Shown: positions 23,552-37,764 of the stretch, piece by piece
How the letters are laid out: every line of letters starts with the position of its first letter
Position numbering within the stretch: the stretch's first letter is position 1
Source: Amoeboaphelidium protococcarum X5
Taxonomy: Eukaryota; Fungi; Aphelidiomycota
Assembly: GCA_023515725.1 (NCBI GenBank)
Contig: JALDTO010000275.1
Location: 21,250 to 85,249, forward strand
Length of the DNA stretch: 64,000 nt
Reading direction: 5' to 3'
The notes under the pieces: generated by a model
Databases searched by the model: none
Seen by the model: the letters and a program-made list of their open reading frames with translations, nothing else
Told to the model about the DNA's origin: nothing
Program-made: the position numbers and the translations under genes

Positions 23552-26500
23552 ATGGAGAATTAATTCAGTGCTATGAATAGTGGAGGTTAGAGTAGTAGTA
23601 CTGGCGATGGAAAGTCTATGAAAGCTGTGGATAAAACTGTGAATGCTAGTTTGCCTGGTGCTGGTGTTTAAAAGAGCACTGATGGTATTGAGAATGTATT
23701 CAGGAGTAGTAGTGAACCTGTGTAAAGCCGTGCCACCCCGTCTTAATAAGGGAATTAGTAGCAGTAGTAATAGTAACAGTCGTAGTCTTAGAAGTAGTAG
23801 CATTAGCAAAAGTTATAGGAATAGCCACCTTCAGGATCATCAAAGTTGAATGCTAGTGATTTTTTGGCTAATTTGAAGAGGAATGCCTTTAACAGTCCTA
23901 TAGTCTCTGCCAGTGTTGTGTAGAGTGCCGTTCAGTAGACATCGGTGTCAGCTTTTAGTTCTGTTGTGAAGTCTAGTTAGTCAACTGCATTGAAAAAGTC
24001 CTCCAGTATGAAGAGTGATCTGCCGAGGTCTGTTCCTCTTTCCTCTCCTTCACCTGCATACCATAAAGAGACAGTGACCGCATAGCTGAATATTATGAGT
24101 GAAAAGGTGGTTAGAAAGGTGTCCACAGAGTCTTTGTAGAGTGAGGAGGACACATAGCCGCATTTGAGACTGAGCAATGTACGTCCTTAGTTGTAAGAAG
24201 TTCATTAAACATCTGGAAAGTAACAGCATTATCATCATCATCTACAGCAGCGTTAGAGCGCGTCGAAGTTGGGCACTCAGTATCCTTAAATGATGCCTCC
24301 CGCTGTCACTAATCGTCCTACTTGTCCACCTAATGATTAGTCAAAGTAGCGTTTAAAGCCTATTTCTTCTGCAAATGCGGCAGACTAATCGGTAGATGTC
24401 ATAACTATTGATACTAGCTCGGATAGGAGTTCTGAGATGCTGCCGTCATTGAGTTCTATTCTATGTCCTCAGCGTCCAAGACTGCCTCCTATGGTATAGT
24501 CCAACAGTTAGGCTGCGACCAAGTAGGCAAGTACGTAGTAGTAGTAACAGTAGTAGTCATCTTCATAGCAAAGAAGATCGAATGCGGAGTTGACACGATC
24601 TGGAATAAGTGTTAGGTAGTACAGTGTACCTCAATTTGACACTTCTTTGACTTCACCTGATGTTACCTCGCCTGATGTAGTTATTCGTTAGTACAGTAAG
24701 CCTTCGTAAGAAGTATAGTCATCTTAGATTTCGGAGTCTGCATCTTCTTAGCAATAAACAGGAAGTTAGGTACGTTCGTCTCAAGCGCCAGTTTAATAAG
24801 CTCCGTCAGCTACTCCTGTTATTGAAAGTGCTGTCTAGTCTAATAATTCTCCATAGTAAAAGTATTAATAGCCGTAATCGCTTGATTCGTCTCAGGAACA
24901 GTCTTAAAGAGCAGTTCAGTAGCCGCTATAGAAGGAGTAGAATGAGCTGAATCATGGTGTGAATGTGGACAAGCCATAGAAGGATACCATGCTCTTGAAG
25001 CAATCTACTATTCCAACAGTTCAAGCTCCGATTGTTTAGGATTAGAAATCGCAGTTGATCAAGTTGAAGACTCCAAAGAAGCGCAAGCCTGCAAGTGAAC
25101 TTTTAAAAGATTTGAAAAATAGCCCGAAGAGTATTCTGAAGAGCAGTTCTAAGCGTTAGAACAAGTATAATTTGGTGGATCCGGATGGAGGTAGAACGAA
25201 GTTGTAGAAGATTGTTAGAAGATCCGCTATTGATGAGCTCTAGTAAGCTCTTCTCGGACCTGATAATACCCACTTTGATGTGGATGTTACTCTGTCTGAT
25301 TCGGATAACTCTAACTGCTTCCACTTTGCGTTGTATAGGGGCAATGCTAGAATCTTGGAATTTCTTATTGAATACTAGGAGTGCAAGAGTAGTAAGATGA
25401 TAAGCACACTTATGGACGAGATTTGGAAAACTCCATCAGTGTTGAAATCCAATCATAAATGGGATCTCGACTATAGTTTAGCCTTCAGTTTGCACCAGCG
25501 TGCATTTGGTAGCGGTGATAGTCCAATGCATGATCTCATAAACGGACTTTATGACGTAATTTGCCGAGCTGTTGAAGATACTGATAGTTTGCGTAGAGGC
25601 TTCACTTCTGATGATTTGCAATTTGAGGAGTGTTGTCGCTTAATTCTGAGCAAAGGTTATAATGTGCAACTTAAGAACAAAAATGGGCAGAATCCTGTCT
25701 AATTGATGGACTTTTATGGAGATTTGTTGAAGAAGCACAATGATTATCTCTTTCAAAATAGAACATTTGGTGCTGTGAACTAGCTGATCTCTCAGTGGAC
25801 TATGGTCTCTACGTTGTTACACAATTACCAGAGCTTGCTTAGTGGATTTACTGATGCTCCCCCACCGTCTTTGATGAATCTCTTACCTGTGTCTAGTGTG
25901 GAGAATAAGATTGAGTATTTGAATTAGATAATTCGATGTGGATTGGATCTACGGTCTGCAGACTCTGACGGCAATAATATCTTTCACATTGCGGTGGCTG
26001 CATTTGATGTGGAGCTGGTAATGTATCTGTGCTGTATATCAAATCCTATTAAAACTACTCCGATGAAGCTGTTTTCCTCTTTGTAGAGACTGCTGAAGAC
26101 TATGAGCATTGAGCCGGATAGGAATTTGTACCGTTACGACGCCAAATTGGAACTCATTTCTACCTGTAATGCAGATGGCGATTCTCCATTTCATACTCTG
26201 ATTCGTGCTGTTAATTGTGCCTCAAAAAAGTCTACCATCTCTAGCCAGTTGTAAGATAGGGTACTTTTTCTTATATAGATACTGCTAGTATTTGGACTAG
26301 ATTTTATGGTTCAGAATAGAAGGGGATAAACTGCTTTGGAGACATGCGAAGATACTCAGTTGAAATCTGTTATTGCAGACTTTTATGGCAGATACTTGGA
26401 TTCCAATGACACAGAAGGTGCTTAGAGTGAATAATTGAAGTAAGAGGAACCAGTTACTAGGCGTCAGTCGGCACAGAGAGCCGGCAAGATTGCGGCATCC

Positions 26501-28018
26501 CAGTCTTTGTCTTCTATCGCTTCGTCTAACTAAGTATCTCCGAAAGTATCCTCCTCGTCCTCTTTATAATCCGCTTCTTCAAAGGCTCCGCGTGCTAATA
26601 CCGATGATTAATCAGAGTCTATAAATGATGCACCTAAAGTGCGTGGTAAAAGGAAAAGGAGATTAGCGGCATCTTCATCAGGTGTTTCTACTGAAAATCG
26701 CAAGGATCGCGCTCGATCTATTGAATCTTCCAGTTCGGTCGCTACATCTGTAACGAATGCGTCCAGAACGAAGACTCCTACTGGTGGATTCCCTAAAGGC
26801 TTACATCCATTCTCTAAGGATGGTCATGGGAGGACAAAGTTGTAGATGAAGGCACGTGCTGGTATACTGAATGACGTGTAGAAATTGATAGAGCTGAGTG
26901 CGGATGTGAATGCTCGCGATCACGCTGGTTATACTCCACTTTCTGAAGCAGTGAACAATGGTCACTATGAAGTGGTGAAGGTTCTACTTGAGAATGGTGC
27001 TGATGTTAATAATCACGGCTTGGATGGCGAGACGGCTTTGCATGAGGCCGTAAAAAGATTGGATGTGGATATCATCAGTCTTCTTCTGCAGTATGGAGGA
27101 GATCCATTCTCAACTAATCACTAGGGGTAGATTGCTGTTGATTTTCTGAAAGTTGCTAGTCCACTGGCGCCATTGAAGAAGCACAAGGATGCAGTCGTCA
27201 ATTAAATTAGGGAGATTCTTGATTAGTACACTGAGAATTCAATCATGCCAATGACTAGGTAGAGAAAGAGACGCTTGACGGCTGAATCGAGTGATTCTGT
27301 TTTCAAGTCTTATTCGCCTTCTAAGAAACACCAGATTGTTAAAGACAAAGAGGAATCTCAAGAGAGCATGCAGAAGTCAGTCGATAAAGTTGCATCGTAG
27401 AAGAAGGCGTCTCCTGTTAAAGCGGAACCTGTTAAAGTTGAATAAAAAGATAGTGCTACTGAAGCACTTGCTGCCCTTAAAAGCATATAACCCGTTGCAG
27501 CAGTGAGCGTAAAAACTGAATTTGTTAATTCACGCAAGGATTCTGCTGCATCTTTGGCTAATTCTTCTGTTGGATCGTCTCAGAATTTGGCATTAGCGTC
27601 TCAGCAATAAGTTGCCATAGATGAGCAACTTCTTCCTTTGGTACTTTTTTCCAACCCAGAATTGTCTGGTGAACTGCTTGTAGTTGACGATTATCTGGCA
27701 AAAGTCCTTGGGTTTAATAGTACTAGCAAGATGTATCTGAAATTGGGCAAGTCTGCATTCATTCGCGATTAGCTTAGAAGTAAAAGAATTGCTGTGAGTG
27801 GCACAATGGCCTAATAACTCTTACAAATTCCCGGTAATGCTCAATGGACCAGGTATCTGGAGAGTGGTGCATAGCTTACTCAGAAATGTCATTTTATCCC
27901 CTATTCGCTGTTTTAAGATGAACTGCTGCCGTACTACGTGGAACTGACCGATATGGACCCGTTGGATGTTTCTTCAATGTTGGATGATTCTTGCATGACT
28001 GAGGTTAAATTGAATTGA
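23552..28018 (+). CDS. Large ankyrin-repeat protein with Q/S-rich N-terminus, Hos4/ANKRD11-type repeats (1488 aa)
   Basis: ORF-track fragments at 25397, 26639 and 26885 share a frame with ATG 23552 and TGA 28016. Repeats DHAGYTPLSEAVNNGHYEVVKVLLENGADVN and GETALHEA. Confidence 0.8.
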
Positions 28019-28472
28019 TATATTCGTTGTAAAAATTTACATATATAATTTTGTTTCGCTGTATTTTTATTGATTGACAATATCGCATGGCACCATCATC
28101 ATCAAAGCATTAGCGATTTGTTGGATGAAGAATCGTATTGGATAAGTGATGACGAATGTAGATATTTTTTGGCAAATGACATTACTATGGGCATTGGGCT
28201 GGTCCAACAGCTATTGCATTTTTCGCTACAACTCCGATCTTTAATCTGTATCAAAACATTTAATCATAACTTAGGTATATTTAAATGATTGAATAAGTAT
28301 TAACTAGAACAAATATCGGTACAGGAGATTCACAGGGGCCTCGTGTAAAGTAGTCAATCAATCTACAATTTAGGGACACCACTTTTCTAACTGTTTTCCC
28401 TATAAACTGTGATATCACTTAAGCTAGTCAGGCGTGATTATAACCGGCAAACATATAGTGTTATTGTATTTC

Positions 28473-29789
28473 ATGAAGATTTGTTATTTATCAAGATACC
28501 TGCTCTCTTGTGCTGTCTTGCCTTTGCTTTCTTGCGCGTCAGATGTTGTCTAGGGACTAAGCGATTTAAATGCTGATGCTTTACAGAATATACTGAACAA
28601 TTTGGAAGTTTCTACTCTGCGTAATACCAGATTGAGTAGTCGCCTATTACGTAAGGTATCTGATGTCCGTGCGGGTGTGCTTGTGAATGATTCGCCTAAT
28701 CTGCAACGATATGGTTTTTATTCGCTAGAGTATGCAATTGCAAGCGAGTACAGTCCGTTTATCGTATCCTTAGTAGGCAAGACTTATGAAAATAATCTTT
28801 TGAATTACAAACTAATGCTGGCTGTTGATAGAGCGTTTGGCGTTGGGTAAATTTAAACGCGTCCTGGTCTGCCTGGCATCAACAGCAAAGATATTAACGC
28901 GTTGATAATACGTACCATCATTCATTTACCGGGCGCTGACTATAAAGTTCTTCGATTTCCATTGAAGCGCTAGTATATGCGTTGCAAAATCGACATTGTA
29001 GATTGGATCTTGTCACTGGATAATAGGCTGGCAGAGGAGTTTGCAGATGAGTTTGCAGATGAGTATGCAGATATCTAGTCGCGTTGTTCGAATGATCGTA
29101 GCGATACATCTTCACCAGCCAACATTCTAAATGAGCTGAATAGAAAATTTAAAAAAAGCATCCGTCTGCTCAATATTTCGGATATGGAGTAGTATATACT
29201 TCAAGGTGCATCCATTGATTTTGAGTAAGGGTTCGCTCTATATAGTGCAAGCTGTTTGAAAAGTAATGTGCAAATGGTCCGAGTGCTGCTTAACTATGGA
29301 GCCAATGTAAATATATGTTTACCGGCATGGGTCGCGCAGTAATGCGACTTGGAAACTTTTTAACTACATATAAAGTATGGCTTGGATTTGAATAAATATG
29401 GGGACGACCTTCTAGTAGAAGCGTCTCGTTACGTTTTTTAAATACCAGTGGTCCGCTATTTATTTGAGTCGCATCGTGATAGTTTGTCTCAATAAGGAAT
29501 GGAGCGTGCTCTGGCTAGTGCAGCCGTTTAATCTAATAGTTTGACTGTTGAGTTATTGAAGAGTTTTGGAGTTCATGAAGGTATTGAATGTTAGAATGCC
29601 TTGATTTAATAAGCTCATTAAGGGTAGGAATTGGTAGTTGCGGGTTTGCTTATATAGCTCCGTTTTCCGCTCGCCACTGTGTGGAATGCCATTCAAGTGA
29701 CTGAAGATAACGACATGCGCTAAATGCTCACTTAATACTTGAATGATCATTTTTCAGTTCGCAGTGATGTTGATATCTTGGCGGAATGA
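28473..29789 (+). CDS. Putative secreted F-box-like + ankyrin-repeat protein, copy 2 (438 aa)
   Basis: MKICYLSRYLLSCAVLPLLSCA; DLNADALQNILNNLEVSTLRNTRLSSRLLRKVS; NVQMVRVLLNYGANVN; colinear with the 6465-7757 protein through to VRSDVDIxAE-TGA. Confidence 0.75.
29037..29072 (+). repeat. Three tandem 12-nt units (GAGTTTGCAGAT-like) encoding EFAD-EFAD-EYAD
   Basis: Read directly from sequence; the paralog has only two units (EFAE-EFSD). Confidence 0.75.
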
Positions 29790-29903
29790 TTTTTAATTGA
29801 CATGGTACCTAATAAAATGGTGTCCCTATCGATTAAGTTGAATATTTTGTCACTGGATATTTTTACTTATTTATTACTTCTATAACAATCATATCGAGGC
29901 AGT

Positions 29904-31892
29904 ATGAGCGATCGCGTGCATCATGCCAGAAACTCAATCATAAGTCTATCAGACTGGTCTACGTCTAGTATTATGCGATATCTTTCAGGCACAATGAATG
30001 ATGGTGGAGATGAATATGCTGATTGTTAATGCGATGAGTAATTATAGTAGAATGATCGACAAAGAGATGCTGGGTAAACTCTAAATATAGAGCGCGTCGA
30101 TCCATCGCTTGGCATTTAATTCGCTGTGTTGGGATACTGGAATGACGTGTTGGGGCCTTCTGTTTTATGGCAATGGTAATCTAATACTGTTGATGTAATG
30201 TAATAATCACCTGGCAGCGATCGTTGCATTGACGGAGATTATTAAACTTGGATCAGGAATTTACTTCACATCGCTCTTAGTGGGTCACATCTAGAAAGTA
30301 GTAGTGGTGCTGATAATACTGCGGGCATTGATGAAGTGTAGGAGAATATCGCAACTTTGGACTAGTTATCACGCGTCAAAATAATTAAAGTTGGAGAAGA
30401 TTAGCAGGTGTTTATTTGCATCGTTTTTTATTGTTAAATGAATGTGTCTATGGATGGCTAAACATCTCTCCCATAAGCAGAGAGTAGTTCCAAGTAACTG
30501 GTAGCGCAATGTCTTTGCTTCTCTTTATTACCTTTTATCATGTCCTCCGACTATTAATAGAAACTATTTATCTAATGCGCGGAGAAGGCAGCATAATCTT
30601 TACAGTTCATGCAACGTGTCGACCCTGCTACTTTACATTCTACCGGAGATGTAGAATTATCATCGTCTTATATTCGAGCCTCATCTGATGTACTGTAATC
30701 CCTGTTTGATTAGTTATAAACCGTACAGAGATAGAAGTAGTTGGTCCAATCGCTGTAGAATAGTATAAAGTAATTGCCTAAGGCCTTCTTATGTAAGTGC
30801 TTTACTGCCGCGATGATGTATGACCGATTGCCAATAGTGATAATAATGAGCGATGACTAGACAGATGCTCAAGGTTTGGCTTTGATGATTAGCTAGTTGA
30901 CTGGTTCTTTGATTCTAAATCTCGACCCTGCTGTGTATAAGTAAGGTGTATACTATCGAATTCAGGTGACATCTCAGGTACCTGATATTTTGAGGGAACG
31001 CTAATGTGTACGAATCAATCTTTCAAAATTGTCTATTGAAGTTCCTGTGAATATTAATAAAAGTCTCGAAAGTACTGAATAGTCGAGTGTGAATTCCCTA
31101 GTGTTATAAGGGCTTACACCGAGTGACCAAGTGGGGCACCCGTTAGTTATATTTGAAGGCTTCAATGTGGTTTCTATATTGGTTGCTCTTTTGGTTGAAC
31201 GTTGTTATGGAGAAATCTTGCTTAATTGGAGTAACGTTACAGATAAATTTCAATAGCGTCTGGAGTGCAAACGCGTCATGCTAAATGAGTATTTGGATTG
31301 CCTACTTGCGTAATAGAGTACCGATTTGACTATGAAGAGCAATTTACACTCAAGTTCTGGTTATAAGGAGAATTCTATACAAAAGTATTAATAAAAATAA
31401 TAATAATTATAGTCTCGTCAATCCAATGTTCCCCAGTTTATGAAGAATCTGTGGTAAAGTGGCGATAGTCTTCAGAGATCTTAGTAGCCGGTCGATTGTG
31501 CTGATCTGATGGAGAAGCTTCAAAGTATTGTCTTTAGTTATGATACTTTAGCTCTTCAACTGCATAAGTAGAAATTAAAATCACGATAGAGTTATCATCA
31601 TACGAGCACGTTGCAGGCAAGGTAACTTCTTACCAAGACTAGTCGCGCGTCGTCACACATTGGTGGTCATCATTTAAACCTCAGTGGATATAACTCTAAC
31701 AGGACATCGCCTGTATTTGGCTAATAGAAACAAGCCAAGTTGAACTAGAGCTAGACAAATTAAGAAGTATTCGATGAAATTGTGAATGATCCTGATTTCG
31801 CTATACTGATATGTTCTGATGATAGTTCAAAAAGTGGAAGCCTTAATAAAAAGTATATCAAAGAGAAGATAAGACAGGTATTGTAAATATGA
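29904..31892 (+). CDS. C9orf72-like (longin/DENN) protein (662 aa); absent from ORF track
   Basis: 2-kb frame with no TGA seen. FAVLGYWNDVLGPSVLWQW matches the C9orf72 N-terminal pattern FAYWDNILGPRVRHIW; also RVKIIKV..FICIVF and VLQGL. Confidence 0.6.
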
Positions 31893-31958
31893 TTATATAT
31901 TCAATATGTACTCACTATAATCTTATTATAATCTTCATGTGCAAAAGTTTAATAAATT

Positions 31959-34900
31959 TCAGCGACCATTACTGGAGACAGTCTTGAAAGCGTTAATAGC
32001 CTCTTGAATACCTTTATACACTACTCCTCTGAAGCGATAGCCCACATTGATACAAGTGATAGTCTCTGATAAAACATTATGGCCAGATCCCAGCTTGTAG
32101 ATCAGGTACAACTTTCCCGGCTTATCATTAGCTAGACACATGAAATAAGGCACACGTTAAGGATTAATCTGAATCTCCTGTTCAACCAACACTTCGACAT
32201 CATCACGAGACATGGCGCGATACTTTGGATGTTTCTATGCCGCCTGTAGATTTCTCACCATCGGATTAATGTAGAAAGATTTAATTTCATCCAAGTCTGA
32301 AAACTTTTCATTCTCAATCCACAGCTCCTTGCCAAGACCATAATCGCTCTCTTTACGTCGCTCTTTGATATCCACATGCTGATAAATACCTTCACCCACC
32401 TTCCAACTCAGCACCAGATTATCCTTACCTCTACTAGAAGGGCGAAAGACGCAATCACCGACCGGACGATTCCTGAGATAATCCTGACATTCACGGTAGG
32501 AGAAGTTAAAGAACAGAGGATGTTTAATGGTTCTCTTCAGCTGTTCATTGGTAGGACGAGCTTTGTTCAGTAAATTCAAATCTTTCGCTTCAGCATTAAC
32601 GTCAAAATACTCGTCGCGTTTGATTTGACGATAGCGCTCAAATTTATCAGCAACTTCGAACACTTGCACATTCACCTAAAACTTATCCTTTTCAATACTA
32701 ATAATCTTCACTCTGTATGTCTAACCCTCTTTAAAATGCTCCTACGGCCTTTAAGCAAAAGAGCCCATTGCCTAATTGGTCATATACCCATCTACTCCAT
32801 TCGCCAATTTAAATGTAGCAAATTAGTCCTTCACTCTAAATGCCATTGCAGGCAAAACCATTCCAATGCGGAGACTCTAATCAGATTCCCCAGTAAGTAT
32901 GGTAAACAGCTCATCCTGACTCGGCGGACTAAAAGGTTATCGAGGATCTCTGTACGGACGCTTGAGCTCTTTTCTAATGAGCTCTAGCCTGGCAGTCATG
33001 ACGACACCACGCTCTTGCTTCAGCACATCAGCATACTCGTCCAGTCTGAGAGCGGACAAAGACTTGAGCGCTTCTTAATCGTGCATAAAATCAGCCACTG
33101 TCTAATCAGTTGAACTGTCAACATACTCCCTACCAAGAGCATCAAACACAATCTTCCGCGCCACCCCGTAGTCTTCAGGATGTATGCGAGTGCTGTCCAA
33201 AACTTCGCCTTAAATCGCAGCTCTCTATCTCTTGTTACCCCGCCTATTATCATACTCTTCGTCATCATCATCTTACTGGAACTTGAAAAAGGAACAGCAA
33301 TTCTGAAAGACGACTGATGCTAGTTTTACAACACTAACCAGCTCAACACGATTATTCAGCAGGCCACCATTCGCAACGATTCTCTATACGATCATTTACG
33401 CCTTCCTTGGGCCCAATCCGCAAACGAATTGCAATAAACTCAGAGCAGTGCTTCTCTCGATCACAGCGTTCACATCTACACCGACATCATTTACCATGGA
33501 GATCATACATCTCTCCATGCGCTTGTACAGCTAGTCTTTGGGCATAAGATCTTGCATAACATGCAACGGCAGATATAAAGCATCCTTGTCTGCATTGAAC
33601 ATCGCTGCGTACTCAGACAACGGATCAATAACATATCGCCCAATACCAACACAATATCTCAGCACAGGAGGATAGATGGGAAACTCTTTCTCTGCGCGCG
33701 ACGAAGACTGATAGATTCTGGCAGTCTCATCTTTGGTGTAATAGACAGGCACTCGGATTCCCTATGCTTGCAATGTTCTAAATATATTCTCGTACAAGAA
33801 CCTCGTCTAGATACTCCATCCGCTGATAGCCAGCGCTGCAAGTTGGCCGTCAGCTACCAACTCTTCCACATATTCGACTAGCTTGATCAGATCCTGTTTC
33901 TGTGCTTCTTGATTTCTGCTGTGAATTGCACTAAGTTTTATATGACCTTGAACTGAGCCATCTTCCAAGACGAATGCTGCAAAGGCTGCAGTGCTAAAAT
34001 CACCATCTCCACAAGATACGGCCAGGACGCCTCTCTTAGCAGCAATAAGACGTCTTCTTTCATTCTAAGCCGAGGAAGAAGGCATCTAATAATTACTTCC
34101 TCTGATAAACGCCTAGTGGGGCTGCATCTTCAAACTTTTCATAAACTAATTCTCAATCTTGTCCAGAATAAAAAGGATGGATTTTTATCGATGCTACTCA
34201 ATTATCCACGCCTTTGCCGACTATAACTGAAGCTACATAGCTTCCTAAAGGACCTTTCGACGCTCCTGATTAAATAGATCGCTGTAGCTACTATACCCAT
34301 TACTCAAGTACAATCGACAATACTGGTCAAATGTAGATTGAACATCACATTCAATCTTATATGTAACCAAACCTTCAGAGGTAGCTTTCATAATCCACAA
34401 AAACTGCATTTCGTCAATCTTACCAACTGGCTTTTCGCGCAAATACTTGAACGCATAATAATCATGCTACTCATCAATATCAATCTTGCCCTTCTCGGTG
34501 GCGTAGACATTGATGATGGCACTCTTACCCAGCAACTGGCGCATTGAACTACGAAAGGAGAGTTCAGTTGAAATTTCTCTAGCCATCAAAAATCTTGTGG
34601 CTCTCATAACACTGTCGGTAGTGAGCAATTCATCACTCAGATACTACTCTGCCAACTACCTGATATCGACATCCAGATCTTGTGGCTAAATACTAGGATA
34701 CTAATCTTCTATATTTCGAGCAAATTCATGGCTCTTCAACGCAATCTAACTAGCAAACTACTAAAGATTATTTTCCAAAGCCACTGTATAAGCATCTCTC
34801 TACACTGGCCGCTTAATACCTTAACTTGTGGAGGAGTCCATCTGTTTATCATATTACACTTTCTGCTACTTGAATTCCTCCATCTGCTTGCGATATCTTG

Positions 34901-36338
34901 TCTGCAAATAGTCTGTCATATCTCTAACTGCATCAAGACTTTGGATCTTGGACAACTCGGATTCCAAATTAATATCCATGGCCACATGCTACCATCGACG
35001 GAGGGCATTCTTCCTCTTTTCAACCTCAACGTACTGCTCATGAAGATCCAACACTGTCCAAATCTCGCTGTCACTTAGTTAACTCGAATACTGATCCGAT
35101 CTATGTCTTTGGATAAACGGTACCTCAAAGAGTTATCGCACCATCAACTCAAGCACGTTCTCTATACAATCAAGCAGAGGCTGGTCATACAACTCTGCCG
35201 ACTTCTGTCCTTATTCTTGACGCAATTCACACAGTCGCACTGCAATCCATGAAGATTCGGTCTTCAAGTCGGCATCATTCTACTCACTAAAACAACCAGA
35301 CAGTTGATACCTCTCCGGCATATCAACCTGACGGATACGATCATCTCTGGCCGTGAACATTTTTTCTGCAACTTCAGCAGGCTCATAAACATCCTCAAGC
35401 TTTGACTTCTCGCCACGTCCTCGTGACTGTCTCTAAATCTGTTTCTGTAAAGTATCACCGTTCTACTCAGCCATGTCATCGTCATCTTCTTCTTACTCTC
35501 CATATTACTGCTCCGCATCTTCATCGTCAGACTGTTAAGAAGGACCTAGCGCGTAAGCATACTCTTCACCATCACCAAACATATCCTACACTTCAGCCCA
35601 GTCCTCTACTGACAATCCCAACTACTAAGCGACAGAGGAAGTCTTTTTCTACTTTGATCTAACTGGACCTGTTGACTACTACTTGGCACTCTACTTAAAT
35701 CTTTAAGAGGTAGCGCCACTACCCTGCTCTCTAGTTATAAGCCCTTCGAAACCATCTGAATCCTCCTCTTCACCCTCTTCATCTTTTAACAGTTCCTGCT
35801 CTTCATTGGCACTAAACTTCATAACTTTCGCCTTCTTGGCCATTTGATCGTTCTGAGCACTGGCATTATGTTACGGCCCTGCTTCATCATCTTCATCAGA
35901 AAACAGATTGTTCAAATCGCCCTTATTATTTGATGATAACGATGATTTATTCTATACCGGGCTTCCTTTATTTCCAGTATCTTCAGCATCGCCATTATTA
36001 CCGGTAATCTCACGCATTCGCTTCAATCTGCGCAACTCATTTCGATTACTACTGGAGTTCTTTAATCCGTAATTTTCGGCAATCAAATCCAAATCATCCT
36101 CATCCAAATCTTCGCCATCTTCATCACTCTAAGCAGATTTATCGTCAGCGATTTGCTCCTCTCTTTTATCTCCCGCATTGTCTTCTGATAATTATTATTG
36201 TTGTTGACCACTGCCACTATTATCCTCGTTTACAACCTCCATCGAGTCTGCCATAGAATCGCTTGAAGATCCTAAATTCTTCAATTACTATAACTCTTAT
36301 TGCCCTTGCTACTCTATTCCATCGTTTTCTAAATCCAT
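31959..36338 (-). CDS. SPT6: Transcription elongation factor/histone chaperone Spt6 (1459 aa)
   Basis: LDEDDLDLIAEN, DMPERYQL, EVPFI, DETARIY, LQFVCGLGPRKA, LDDTRIHPEDY, tandem SH2 IKHPLF..FRPSSRG. Confidence 0.95.
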
Positions 36339-36912
36339 AGTGAAGTAATTACTGAGATAAAAAGAATCTAAACCAAAATGTATTGATAGAAAAGAAGATG
36401 GAGAAAGGTGAGAGGGAAGAATTGAAAAAGAGAGAGAAATCAACACGCTTTTTGTACAGTGAGCGACAATGCGCGTTATATTTTGCTAGTAAAGTAAAGC
36501 AAATATTTAGCTCTTTAGGTGGAGATCTACTTACAACATTGAGGTCATTTTGAGCCTGGCTGCCATATTCTGCAACTGTACGCGGTCTGTTTAAAACGAG
36601 TAATTCGAGCATGCATGTTAGAGCCTGATCTAGGTAGGCGAAGTTTTCAAAGTTGAGAGCTCTGCGTCACATTTTACATTAAACCTCCAAATAAATAAGT
36701 GCTAACTACAATACAGTAATTGGTCGACAATTCCCTCATTTTAGATGAAATATTGCAGCGTCTGATCGAGAACAGGAAGTCGCGTGAGCCTTCTTGTTTC
36801 AGGCGACCATTACCGCAGTACAAGTATTATTTTACTGATCAAGAATCTTTGGGAATAAACCGACTCTATTTTTTTTTGAAGCACTTTAATTTAAATTACA
36901 CGTAAATACAGA

Positions 36913-37764
36913 ATGGATTTATATAATGCAAGATTGTAAAGAATCAAGGACATCTTATCGTAAATAAACGCAGTGTCAGCAGATGTTGCTGAGCTCTTTG
37001 CTGCAGACATGGTGGACGTGGTCATTCCTGAAGGGCATGATGAGAGTGATTATCTGATACAAAGGGCTTTTGAGCGTGGAATACGAACGGGAAAATTGCC
37101 TGGAAATAGTCATATTCCTGCATAAATCACTGAGTAAGTGCAATGTACTAGTCTTGGCGCGTTGTACTAAGGACTGTATGGAAAACGCGCCTCGAAACAA
37201 ATCCACGTTGTTAAATCATCTCAAGATTTGAAACAACTTCATGCGGTGATTGAACAGCTGCGAAAATTGGCTGATGGCAATACTTTGTTATTTCACGGAG
37301 TGGTTAATGGTACTGTGGTCACCAAGATGATGACGAATCGCATTCAGTACGTTGGGCGCGACACTGATAATCTCAATGAACTTGGTGATGGGATTTATTG
37401 TGCATACGACTTTGACTTTGTTTACAGACACATCTCATAGTACACCAGTGGCGGATAGGCAATATTGGTATTCAACTGGAGTGCAGTGGACAGTCTGTCC
37501 AGCTTCTATGTCCACGGCGATGAATGGAAGAAAGTGGTCAAGTAAAACATCTGCTTATATGATAGCAAGAAAATGCAATAACTTGGCTATCCACCAGATT
37601 TGGCGGAATAGTATGATGTTGTTCAGGGATAAGTTACCAGAAATTATAAGGCCATACAGTCTTGTGCTGAGCCAATCAATAGTTCTGTCACTCAGGTTGT
37701 TGTGCTGAGGGATCAAGACAAGATTCTAATTCCTCGTCTATTGGCTGTTATCTTCATTGTGTGA
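36913..37764 (+). CDS. DUF3990-like / ADP-ribosyltransferase-fold protein (283 aa)
   Basis: LLFHG, ELGDGIYC, WKKVV, YDVVQG and terminal QVVV occur in the order typical of DUF3990-type ART domains. Confidence 0.55.

Noticed and set aside
24535-24556. (TAG)n arrays as non-coding microsatellites or terminators
   Set aside because: They are in-frame poly-Gln within long CDS.
28070-28288. Short ORF-track entries in intergenic or antisense positions (also 2858-3286, 17688-18089, 45213-45659)
   Set aside because: No motifs; most overlap well-supported genes on the opposite strand or in another frame.
36469-36992. Possible spliced ORF using a GTAGGC..GCTAAC..CAG intron (36634-36716)
   Set aside because: No recognisable protein, and it would overlap the start of the ART-like gene; more likely UTR or chance.
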